Source: Minisyncoccia bacterium (GTDB lineage Bacteria; Patescibacteriota; Minisyncoccia; Phycocordibacterales; UBA9973). Taken from it: a DNA stretch of 64,000 nucleotides. Within the stretch, counting starts at the first letter, position 1, and every line of letters begins with the position of its first letter. Below the pieces are notes generated by a model, which saw nothing but the letters and a program-made list of their open reading frames with translations, was not told the origin of the DNA and did not search any database. Positions 22,987-32,100 of the stretch are shown in pieces. The stretch is from positions 514,845 to 578,844 of the forward strand of contig CBFHKH010000001.1 of assembly GCA_965656375.1 (NCBI GenBank). The letters run 5' to 3'. The translations under genes were made by a program, and so were the position numbers.

Positions 22987-23532
22987 TTAATTAATTAAAA
23001 CAGTTGTAATACCTGATACGTTATCCTTTTCGAGAAAACCTTGGTATTTCTGTAGTTCAGGTAGTTCTATCCCTTTTAAGTCAGAGAAATATATTTTAGT
23101 TTTGAATTTTTTACTGAGAATTTTATCTTTAAAACTACACGTATCAATATCTCCGGAAATTATCAATTTTTGCTTCTCGCTAACTAAATCAAAAACTCTT
23201 TCTTCAAAGAGATCGATATTTTTAATAATGATAACTCTATCGTTGATATCTAGCAGTGTGTCCATACACTTAGTAAATTCCTCTGCCTGATCTTTCAGAA
23301 AAAATATAACCCTGTCATCTTCTGCGCTCAATAAAGAGGTTTGTTTTTTGAATTCCTGCTTGGCCATTTCATACCCAGTAAGAAATAATAGTTTAGAACC
23401 ATGAGCAAATAAATTCGCAGCAATCGTAATGGTATAGAGCGATGCCCCTGCCTTATCTTCGCCATGAAGTAGAAGGGGTAAATCATTCTCCGCGTACAGA
23501 AACTTTTCTTCATTTAATAGGATTTCATTCAT
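22987..23532 (-). CDS. Hypothetical protein (degenerate P-loop-like)
   Basis: LLLHGEDKAGAS; extended -10 six nt before the ATG. Confidence 0.65.
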   Translation of the reverse strand: MNEILLNEEKFLYAENDLPLLLHGEDKAGASLYTITIAANLFAHGSKLLFLTGYEMAKQEFKKQTSLLSAEDDRVIFFLKDQAEEFTKCMDTLLDINDRVIIIKNIDLFEERVFDLVSEKQKLIISGDIDTCSFKDKILSKKFKTKIYFSDLKGIELPELQKYQGFLEKDNVSGITTVLIN

Positions 23533-23601
23533 AAATTTATTGTATCAAATTTGCTGCGGGCAGTGTGGTACGCAGTTGGAACCAAGTTAATAATCGATTA
23601 G

Positions 23602-23796
23602 CTAATTGCTGACGCATCTTTCACCGAATAAAATTGTACGAATAAAACTTGAATCGTACATCGTCCATGGCTGATTATTATATTTTATATAAGAAATTGA
23701 ATTACAGTCCCTTGGTGTTGCAAGAGGATTGAAATTATTAAGGGGAGTAAATCGAAGAATTATTAATAATGCGATTAAGATTACTATCCATTTCAT
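23602..23796 (-). CDS. Small exported hypothetical protein
   Basis: Hydrophobic N-terminus, two Cys; TGcTATACT 7 nt before the ATG. Confidence 0.5.
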   Translation of the reverse strand: MKWIVILIALLIILRFTPLNNFNPLATPRDCNSISYIKYNNQPWTMYDSSFIRTILFGERCVSN

Positions 23797-23818
23797 ACGT
23801 CTCAGTATAGCATTTCTG

Positions 23819-23904
23819 CGGAGGCGGTGAGATTCGAACTCACGGTCCTTTAAAGGGACGACGGTTTAGTAAACCGTTGATTTAAACCACTCATCCACGC
23901 CTCC
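23819..23904 (-). tRNA. tRNA-Ser with anticodon ACU
   Basis: GGAGGCG/CGCCTCC acceptor, G73, D-loop AGTGG, anticodon arm ACGGT-TTACTAA-ACCGT, long variable arm GTCC/GGAC, T arm GTGAG-TTCGAAT-CTCAC. CCA not encoded. Confidence 0.9.
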
Positions 23905-23919
23905 GTATGAAAGACTATA

Positions 23920-24213
23920 CTACAGTATAGTCTTTTTAGAAAGTAGTCTCTTACGATGAGGAGTATAGTACCACCATGGTCTCGCAGGTTGTCCTTTCAT
24001 AAAATCTACCACTGCCATAAATGTATCGAGTACACACGGGTCTTGCTTTGAATGAGTAATAGTTTGCAGTTTGTTATACATTTTGAGCGGATCTTGTTTC
24101 ACTAAATCTTTTGGATTTTTAATTCCAAGTATTCGAAAATCTCGAGCAATACGCGGTCCTACATTTGGAATTTCTTCGAATCTTTTCACTTTTGTATGAT
24201 CAGATACTTTCAT
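23920..24213 (-). CDS. Helix-hairpin-helix protein (Cdd1/mitomycin-resistance-like)
   Basis: IPNVGPRIARDF...DPCVLDTF...PWWYYT. Confidence 0.85.
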   Translation of the reverse strand: MKVSDHTKVKRFEEIPNVGPRIARDFRILGIKNPKDLVKQDPLKMYNKLQTITHSKQDPCVLDTFMAVVDFMKGQPARPWWYYTPHRKRLLSKKTIL

Positions 24214-24268
24214 ACCAAGAGTATACACTTATTTTGAGTAAAAATAGTAAATATGATAAGGTGTATTC

Positions 24269-24355
24269 GGAGACGTGTCGGAGTGGTCTAACGTACCTCC
24301 TTGCTAAGGAGGCAGGCTTTAATCGGCCTCGAGAGTTCGAATCTCTCCGTCTCCG
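24269..24355 (+). tRNA. tRNA-Ser(GCU)
   Basis: GGAGACG/CGTCTCC, anticodon arm CCTCC-TTGCTAA-GGAGG, long variable arm AGGC/GCCT, GAGAG-TTCGAAT-CTCTC, G73. Confidence 0.95.
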
Positions 24356-24361
24356 CAGTTT

Positions 24362-24395
24362 TAAAAATAGCCCGATTTTGATCGGGCTATTTTTA
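24362..24395. terminator. Bidirectional terminator
   Basis: taaaaatagcccgat / atcgggctattttta inverted repeat. Confidence 0.75.
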
Positions 24396-24444
24396 TTATC
24401 GGCGAATCTTACGTCTAGTGATTTTCGGAACTTTTATCCGCCTC

Positions 24445-24648
24445 TTAATCCTTAAACTCCAAAATATCGCCAGGCTGGCAATCGAGCGCTTTACAGATTG
24501 CTTCGAGTGTCGAGAATCGGATCGCTCTCGCCTTTCCATTCTTCAATATCGAAATATTCGCCATCGTTATGCCGACTTTTTCTGCAAGTTCGGTTACGCT
24601 CATTTTTCTTTTTGCGAGCATTACATCTATGTTGATTATTATTGCCAT
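24445..24648 (-). CDS. Cro/C1 HTH regulator (YozG-like)
   Basis: ELAEKVGITMANISILKNGKARAIRFSTLEAICKALDCQPGDIL. Confidence 0.93.
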   Translation of the reverse strand: MAIIINIDVMLAKRKMSVTELAEKVGITMANISILKNGKARAIRFSTLEAICKALDCQPGDILEFKD

Positions 24649-24654
24649 AATTTT

Positions 24655-25137
24655 TTATACTGTTAGTTCATTTTCTGACTGTATATCGATCGCATTTTTA
24701 AGTAACTTCTCAAGTACTGCAGCAAAGACAGCGACTACAGCTGGAGCAGCCGCGATAACCATACCTACGATCAGAAGTCCCGGAGCATCATCTAACTCTG
24801 CGATCGGGTAAAGGAGGGGTACACCTCCGATATAGAGGACTGCGATAGTAGCTGCGCAGTATTTTATAGTACGAAGCGCTTTCACCGACATAGCTGAAAA
24901 TGCTTTATTCTGGTCGATAGAGCGAAGCAATTTAAATCCCTGTCCGAGTGCTATAAAGAATGGCACCACAGTAGCATAGAGACCGATCATAATCAAAAAG
25001 AGAATATGAGACGCCGATGGGAATTCCTCTCTGCCATCTATCCATATATGCGGCAATGCAAAGATACAAAGTGCAAGCACTGCTAATCCTAGAAAAAATA
25101 TTGCAAACCGCAAGAAGTGAGTTGATTTTCGTTTCAT
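24655..25137 (-). CDS. DUF2975 membrane protein (YoaS-like)
   Basis: Four TMs, DDAPG, ends AIDIQSENELTV; the usual partner of YozG. Confidence 0.88.
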   Translation of the reverse strand: MKRKSTHFLRFAIFFLGLAVLALCIFALPHIWIDGREEFPSASHILFLIMIGLYATVVPFFIALGQGFKLLRSIDQNKAFSAMSVKALRTIKYCAATIAVLYIGGVPLLYPIAELDDAPGLLIVGMVIAAAPAVVAVFAAVLEKLLKNAIDIQSENELTV

Positions 25138-25245
25138 AGATATATAGTAATTTATCGCTTATCGTTTGTCAATATATTGTTATTGTTATAAATATCAGCT
25201 ATGGAGGTCGGGGATATAAAAAATGCTAGAATACTCTTGCACGAT

Positions 25246-26277
25246 ATGAAGTATCTTTTTTATACAAGTTCAGAACAAGCATGGAGAGGGTTCAAGATCG
25301 CCTTGGAATCTGCAAAAGAATCCATCTATATAGAGATGTATATATTTGTAGATGATGCGCCCGAAGCAAAAGAACTTCTTGAGATACTCGCCCAAAAAGC
25401 AAAGTCAGGGGTGTCAGTTAAAATCATCCTCGATGGATTCGGAAGCAAGGAACTCTCTTCTCGTGCGATAGATATGCTTGAGCATGCAGGTGTCGAATTA
25501 CTATTCTTTACTGCAGTATTTCGAAGACTACATCGCAAGATCATGATCATTGATGAGAAGATAGGTTTTGTAGGAGGCGTAAATATACATAAAAGTGCAC
25601 GTCTGTGGAATGACTTACTTATTCGAGTAGAAGGAAAAATAGTGCATTCACTGATACGATCATTTGCGAAAATATACAAGGCATGCGAAGGGAATAGTAG
25701 GTATCTTTTGAAATATCGAAAGAAGGCACCCTTTGGACGTACTCGCATTTGGTTCCTGGAACATTTTCCTGGGATGCATCGAATGCGGTTAAAAGATTAT
25801 TATATGGAAGCTCTCCTAGAAGCACAGAAAGAAGTGATCATTGTCACTCCATACTTCCTCCCCCACCGATGGCTCAAAAAGATTTTGCGAGAAACACATC
25901 AACGAGGAATTATGATAAAAGTTTTTGTACCTCAGCGAACAGATATCTCACTCATTACAAAAGCAAACTATACCTATATGCGACTGATGGGCCAAGACGG
26001 TATAGAGTTCTATACCCTTCCGATCATGAATCACGCAAAGCTTTTGCTCATTGATGAGAATCGTGCGCTTGTCGGTTCGCAAAATATTGATGCACTCTCA
26101 TTTGACTACAATGCTGAAGCGGGACTCTATTTTGATGACCCCATAATGATCAGAGATCTGAAAACAATCATTGAAAAGTGGCAGAAAACATCCACTCTTT
26201 TCAACCCTAATCATCCAGTGAGTCTCATTGATCGATTTTATTCATACATGGTCAGACTCTTACAGCCATTTTTATAA
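25246..26277 (+). CDS. Cardiolipin synthase-like phospholipase D
   Basis: Two HKD motifs (HRKIMIID, HAKLLLID), TPYFLP, GSQNID. Confidence 0.9.
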   Translation: MKYLFYTSSEQAWRGFKIALESAKESIYIEMYIFVDDAPEAKELLEILAQKAKSGVSVKIILDGFGSKELSSRAIDMLEHAGVELLFFTAVFRRLHRKIMIIDEKIGFVGGVNIHKSARLWNDLLIRVEGKIVHSLIRSFAKIYKACEGNSRYLLKYRKKAPFGRTRIWFLEHFPGMHRMRLKDYYMEALLEAQKEVIIVTPYFLPHRWLKKILRETHQRGIMIKVFVPQRTDISLITKANYTYMRLMGQDGIEFYTLPIMNHAKLLLIDENRALVGSQNIDALSFDYNAEAGLYFDDPIMIRDLKTIIEKWQKTSTLFNPNHPVSLIDRFYSYMVRLLQPFL

Positions 26278-26325
26278 AATAAAAAAAGCAGTAGTAATTA
26301 CTGCCTTTTAAAACAAAAAAATCTA

Positions 26326-27777
26326 TTAAAGTGAACGGAAATAATAATTTTCATCCGTGCCCTTTTGCATTTCGACAACCTTTGCCTTTAGCCCATCTTT
26401 ATAATCTCTGAGGTACGACCGAACACCTACATCACTGATCGCTAAGATCTGAAGTGCAAGTAATCCTGCATTCGCTGCGCCATCTATAGCCATCGTTGCC
26501 ACTGGCACGCCGGCTGGCATCTGAACGATAGAAAGCATGGAATCGAGGCCAATCATCGAATTGGATGATTTTACCGGTACACCAATCACGGGTAATGTAG
26601 TATTCGCAGCAATCATTCCTGGCAGATGTGCAGCGCCACCAGCACCAGCAATAATAACTTTTATACCCTTTCTTATAGACCCTTCGGCATATTTGGTTAA
26701 TCTCGCAGGCGTGCGGTGCGCAGATATAATTCCAAGTTCAAAGGTAACCCCTGCCGCAGTTAAAACTTCAGCAGCTTTTTGCATAATGGGTAAATCGCTT
26801 TCGCTACCCATCACGATACTTACTTCTGCTCCTTCAATACGTGTGCGGATTTTTACCAGTGCGTTAAGGATTGGATCACCTTTTGTTGCAGAGTATACGG
26901 CAACATCATCCGTAAATTCACGGCCAACAACTTGCTCGTACAACTCTTCATAACGGTTACTGATGCCTTCGATGAATCCCTCATCGAATTCTGGCATTAC
27001 TTCTCCTGGTTTACCAGAAAACCCATTTTCTATCAGATATTGGCGAACAAACTCTTTGGAAAGTGCTTTTGGTTCCTCTCCTTTTGCGAATGCTTCATTG
27101 TATCCTTCCTTATACCAGTACCGGCTACTATCTGGCGTATGGATTTCATCTATCAGATAAACTTTTCCATCCGGCCCTTTGCCAAACTCATATTTAGTAT
27201 CCACTAATATGAGATTCCGATCATCTGCCATCTTTTGCCCTCTGGCAAAAAGTTTTAATGCTTTTTCGCTAATAAATTTCCATTCTTCTTCTGTAGCCAG
27301 CCCTCTTTCAACAATTTCTTTTGCTGAAATGTCTTCATCATGCTTTCCTCCATCAGCTTTAGTTGTAGGAGTAATTAGTAGTTGGGGGAATTTTTCATTT
27401 TTCTTCAAACTAAAATCTAATGCATATTCCCACGGTAACTTTTTCCTTTCCTGGTAATAATTCCGGTAGAAAGAACCGGTATTAAAAGCACGAACAATTA
27501 CTTCAATTTTAAATGGCACTGTTTTGCGCCAGATTGAGGTGTTCGCAGTCGGAACAGCAAGCATGCAGTTAGGAATGATATCCTTTGTTGCGTTCATAAA
27601 ATGTGCAGAAATTAAATTTAATACTGCACCTTTATTCTCTACCTGAAATGGCAGTATGTAGTCGAAGGCAGAAATACTATCTGTAGTTTCTGCAACTATT
27701 ACCTCGCCAACGGTGAAGACTTCCCTTACCTTGCCTTTGTAATAGCCAGTCTGGCCGGGATATTTATTATTTTGCAT
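26326..27777 (-). CDS. Fused SAICAR synthetase (PurC) and N5-CAIR mutase (PurE)
   Basis: GKVRE, ISAFD, TPTTKA, VDTKYEFG, DEIHTPDSSRYW; then MGSESD, SAHRTP, GAGGAAHLPG, PVIGVP, QMPAGVPVAT. Start set at MQNNK. Confidence 0.92.
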   Translation of the reverse strand: MQNNKYPGQTGYYKGKVREVFTVGEVIVAETTDSISAFDYILPFQVENKGAVLNLISAHFMNATKDIIPNCMLAVPTANTSIWRKTVPFKIEVIVRAFNTGSFYRNYYQERKKLPWEYALDFSLKKNEKFPQLLITPTTKADGGKHDEDISAKEIVERGLATEEEWKFISEKALKLFARGQKMADDRNLILVDTKYEFGKGPDGKVYLIDEIHTPDSSRYWYKEGYNEAFAKGEEPKALSKEFVRQYLIENGFSGKPGEVMPEFDEGFIEGISNRYEELYEQVVGREFTDDVAVYSATKGDPILNALVKIRTRIEGAEVSIVMGSESDLPIMQKAAEVLTAAGVTFELGIISAHRTPARLTKYAEGSIRKGIKVIIAGAGGAAHLPGMIAANTTLPVIGVPVKSSNSMIGLDSMLSIVQMPAGVPVATMAIDGAANAGLLALQILAISDVGVRSYLRDYKDGLKAKVVEMQKGTDENYYFRSL

Positions 27778-27941
27778 AATGTTTGGTAAACCAATTGTTC
27801 TATGTGGAAGGTTAACCCACTTTTTTATTTTGAATTTCACTCACCATACAACATATTATGGGATAAAGCAAACACTCTACATGCATCAAAAAAGCATGTG
27901 CCATATTTCATGACACATGCTTCCAAAACATTTTAGATTCC

Positions 27942-29072
27942 TTATTTATACACAAAAGTATTCCCTGAAAATTTTGAAGTTATCAAAAGTTGCGATGTTG
28001 ACCTCTCTTCTATCACGCCAGCAACTCGGGCCTGTATTCCAAATTGCGTTGCGTGTGTGATAAATGAATCTGCTTCATTTGAATCAACTACAACAAGTGC
28101 ACCTTGTCCACAACTCCACTTTTCATACAAAAGCTCATCAGAAAATCCAGACCACCGGGCCATATCTGCCACAATTGAAGGGGGTTCCCACAAATTGTGT
28201 AACTTCGCTGAAAGTCCTTTCCTTTTTAAAACATCATCAAAGAATTTTGATTTAAAAGATCCACCGGAAAGATGGCAAATCAAATGCGGCTTGATGTAGT
28301 GCTCAAAATTATTATCTATGTTATACCAGCCATTAAGAGATGCAAGAAAGTAATCATACAGCACCGAAGGTTCAGCGATCTTTTCAACAAGCTCTTTTTG
28401 TTGCCACCACTCTGGGCCAAATTGCTTTTCCATTGTTGCTCGCACGGCAGATATACCGTTTGAACGAAAGCCATTTTCTTTCAAAGCAATAATAACTTGC
28501 CCTGAGGCTAACGTCTCACCGGTGATACGTTTATCAGGATGTATGATCCCAATCATAAACCCTGACCAATTGTATTTTAGTGTAGCAGCAGGATTCGGAC
28601 TTGAAACGCAGACACTGAGTTCTGCAGTTTCACCTTTGATGCATGCAAACTTACCTTTGTTTGCAACTTCTACCAATCCATCAAATAAAGCCTGTGCGGC
28701 TAAAAAGCTTTTGTCATCCTTTGTATCTCCAAGTTTTGAAACATCAAGCACATTAGAGAATACTACGGGCAACCCACCATTGCGGGTGATATCACCGCTT
28801 GTCATAGCACCAAGGTCGTATGCACTTTTTCTGTGGAAACAAGCCGCATCGCTCAGTAATACTTTCGTTCCATTACCATCAGGAGCTATAATCATCCGAA
28901 TATTCGGTAAATGATTAATGATACTGAAGGATATTTCTGAACGAAAATGATCGTCAGGCTTGTCTACATCTACCCATATCGAATTGCCATGGGTAGTTCG
29001 GGTTAGTTTACCCGCATAGACGCTAATCAAGTCTCCTAGAGGCAGATTAACGGGGTCTTTAATTTTGCTCAT
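27942..29072 (-). CDS. AIR synthase-like protein (divergent PurM)
   Basis: DGNGTK, KGETAE, GFRSNGIS, HLSGG; lies between purL and purC-E. Confidence 0.8.
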   Translation of the reverse strand: MSKIKDPVNLPLGDLISVYAGKLTRTTHGNSIWVDVDKPDDHFRSEISFSIINHLPNIRMIIAPDGNGTKVLLSDAACFHRKSAYDLGAMTSGDITRNGGLPVVFSNVLDVSKLGDTKDDKSFLAAQALFDGLVEVANKGKFACIKGETAELSVCVSSPNPAATLKYNWSGFMIGIIHPDKRITGETLASGQVIIALKENGFRSNGISAVRATMEKQFGPEWWQQKELVEKIAEPSVLYDYFLASLNGWYNIDNNFEHYIKPHLICHLSGGSFKSKFFDDVLKRKGLSAKLHNLWEPPSIVADMARWSGFSDELLYEKWSCGQGALVVVDSNEADSFITHATQFGIQARVAGVIEERSTSQLLITSKFSGNTFVYK

Positions 29073-29194
29073 ATTATTGTTTTAAGTTTTAAAAATAGTG
29101 ATTTTCCTTTACTTAACCATATTTCGTCTCTAAATGCAAAAAAAATTCCGTGGTCGTAATAACCACGGAATTCCATGCTGTTCGCATTTTTCTT

Positions 29195-32100
29195 TTATTG
29201 AGACTCTACATCTTGGTAAAGCCAAAGGTACATATTCACGAATGCTTTTGCCCAGACTGGAGTTGTAAAATTCCAATCCTTTGGTTTGTATGGCAAATGA
29301 TCATTACTCGCCGATACCCGTTCGATGTGTGGCATCATAAATGTGTGACGACCATTTTCTGTACAAAGCCCGGCAATTGCATTTGGTGATCCATTCGGAT
29401 TGAAAGGATAGTCATCTGTTTTCCGCCCATTGCTATCTGCGTACTGTACGGCAACTAATCCCAATGACTCTATCCATTCACTATCGTAGTCTGGCAAAAA
29501 CAACTTGCCTTCACCATGAGCTGACCATGCAGGGAGTATAGAGCCCTCCATTCCACTAAACATAATGGATGTTGTATTTTCTGGTATCAACAAATTCACT
29601 GGACGATGCTCAAATATACCTGAATCATTATGGAGGAGCCGTGGCTTCTGTCCAAGTGATTCATCGAGCACACCAAGCAATGTCGCAACCTGAAAACCAT
29701 TACATACCCCAAATGAAAGCGTGTCTGGTCGGGCATAGAAATCATCAAACATCTTCTTCAATTTTTCATTGAATAAGATGCTCGCAGCCCATCCTTTACC
29801 AGATCCACCTACATCTCCATACGAGAACCCACCGGCAAATGCTATCACATTGAAATCTTTCAAATCATAGGCACCTTTGATAAGCTCGTTCATCTGGATA
29901 ACGGATACGCTAAATTGCTGTTCCATTCTTCCAAACATAAATGCAAGCTCGTGGTGACCATTTGTACCAGGAGCTGCTAAAACTGCAACCTTGAACTTTT
30001 TATCCGTTGGAATTTTTTGATCTTCGTCTGGATTGAAGGTGAGTTTACAATTTTGTCTGAAATGCAATTCCCTACTTAAAAGCTTATGAGGCATTCCAAG
30101 TTGTTTTTTTATTTGCTTGCCGGTCTCTCTAAACCATTCTCGTACATCACTTGCAAATGGAGAATATTTAGTATCCTTTCCATAAAAAGTAAAATACTTG
30201 GACGATGATTTCACAGAACCAATAATACTAGCTTTTAATCCTGTATCTTGTGCCATCTGTATGATCTCTTCATTTTGCGTACGCCTGCATTGCACAATTA
30301 CTCCAATTTCTTCGTTAAAATAAAAACTTGCATATTCAGTTTCTGTGGGATTCTGAACGTGAGCCTCTACCTGTGAAGCAATGGACATTTTTGCAATTGT
30401 AGGAAGTAACCCTCCTTTTATCTTTGGTGAACCTGCAAGGATCATATTGTCTTTGACTAAACGTTGCACCAATTCAAAAAGTGCTTTTGCTTTTTTAGGA
30501 TTTGCATCAGGAACCTCATTACCAGTTTCACCATGAGCTTCACATAGTGCACTACCTCCCATACGTCCTCTGTTCTCTTCAAGCTCAATAAGGATAAGAT
30601 CTGTTGATCCTTCTCCTCCTTTGAGCTCCGGAGTAATCCGGCTTCGAAAATTATCTAGATGAACATATGGCTCTAAAATAAATGTCGGGAAAGACATCAC
30701 TGCATTTCCGTCAAAATTAACAGAGAGCGACGAGCTATCCTTACCTCCATCTATTCCAAAGCCTACATCAGCAAGTGCATCTGTAATCGCACTGTATGCG
30801 CTATAGAGTCGTGCTTTCATACCTGGCTGTTTAAACGGCCACATCACATTTAAGCGTCCTTTCATCATTTCTATTCCACCAGGAATTTCTACAAATGAAA
30901 GTGTTGCGAGCATGTGTGCAACAGTCATCCGGGCTGTAGCTTTCTCATCGATGAGCATCGCCACTGGATTGCTGCGTGCGATAGTAGAAACCACGCCAGT
31001 TGTGCCGGTAAAACCATCTGACATAATTGCATACGGGCAAATGGGAAGTTGGTACTCCCCGCTCCGCGGCCCTTGCACAACTCGTCCACCGACGGAACCA
31101 TCGAAATGGTCAGTCATATAGCCAAGGAGCGCTACTCCGGGAATCTGAGCAACCTTTTTAAAATGCTCATCAATACACAGATCAGAAATTACAAATGGTT
31201 GAAATGTAAACTCAATCAAAGTATCGGTATACGTCTTCTGGGGAAGGCTTCCCAGGATTTCAGGCAATGTCAGTGAAACTGGAGTTGATCTATCACGTGA
31301 GTCAGAAACTACAATTTTTGCTGAATCATTTGTCTCTCCCAAAATCTCTATTGGGCATTCAAATTTTTTACAAATATCCTTGAATAACTCAAGGTTCTCG
31401 TTCTTAATAAGAATTCCATACAGTTCCTGTGCTTCCGCTATCCAGATTTCAGTTTGGGAAAGCGAAGAGTCCCCTATTTGCATTTTTGCAAGATCAATAG
31501 AGCCTCCTGACGGATTTGTCAGTTCAGTGATTACATTAGAAGCACCGCCTGCGCCTTGATCATGTACTGCTTCTATAGGATTTTTATCTCCCATATATAC
31601 GCAATACTCGATCACGTTGTACGCACTGCGACCCATTAATGGTTCTCCTCTTTGCACTGATGCAAAATCAAGATCTGACTTGTTGTCGCCAGTATTCATA
31701 GAGCTTGCAGCTCCACCACCAACACCAATACGCCGTGTAGCACCACCGATTCGTACAATCATCATACCTGGTATAGCATCCATCTTGTCTTTTGCTAAAG
31801 CCCTAATAGAACCTACCGCACATGTATAGATGATAGGTTTTATAGATTCAAACCTTTGTCCTCCTGGCAAAATAACTCCAAGTGAATCATTACCAAAAAG
31901 TAATGTCGGTTCTCCAAACGGATTACCATAACCCGAGGCACCCTTTATTGATCCTACCAACACTTCGGTAGGGGTTGCCATATTTTTAGGATATGACCAT
32001 AGAGGAGCTCCGTGGATCCGAAGTTTTCCCGTCTGAAAATATACTCCACCAAATCCGATAAGTGATCCGCAGCCAATAGCAGCAATATCACGCAATCTTC

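Noticed and set aside
23860-23878. Reading the near-palindromic anticodon arm on the plus strand as Thr(AGU)
   Set aside because: D-loop, variable arm, T-loop and discriminator are correctly ordered only on the minus strand.
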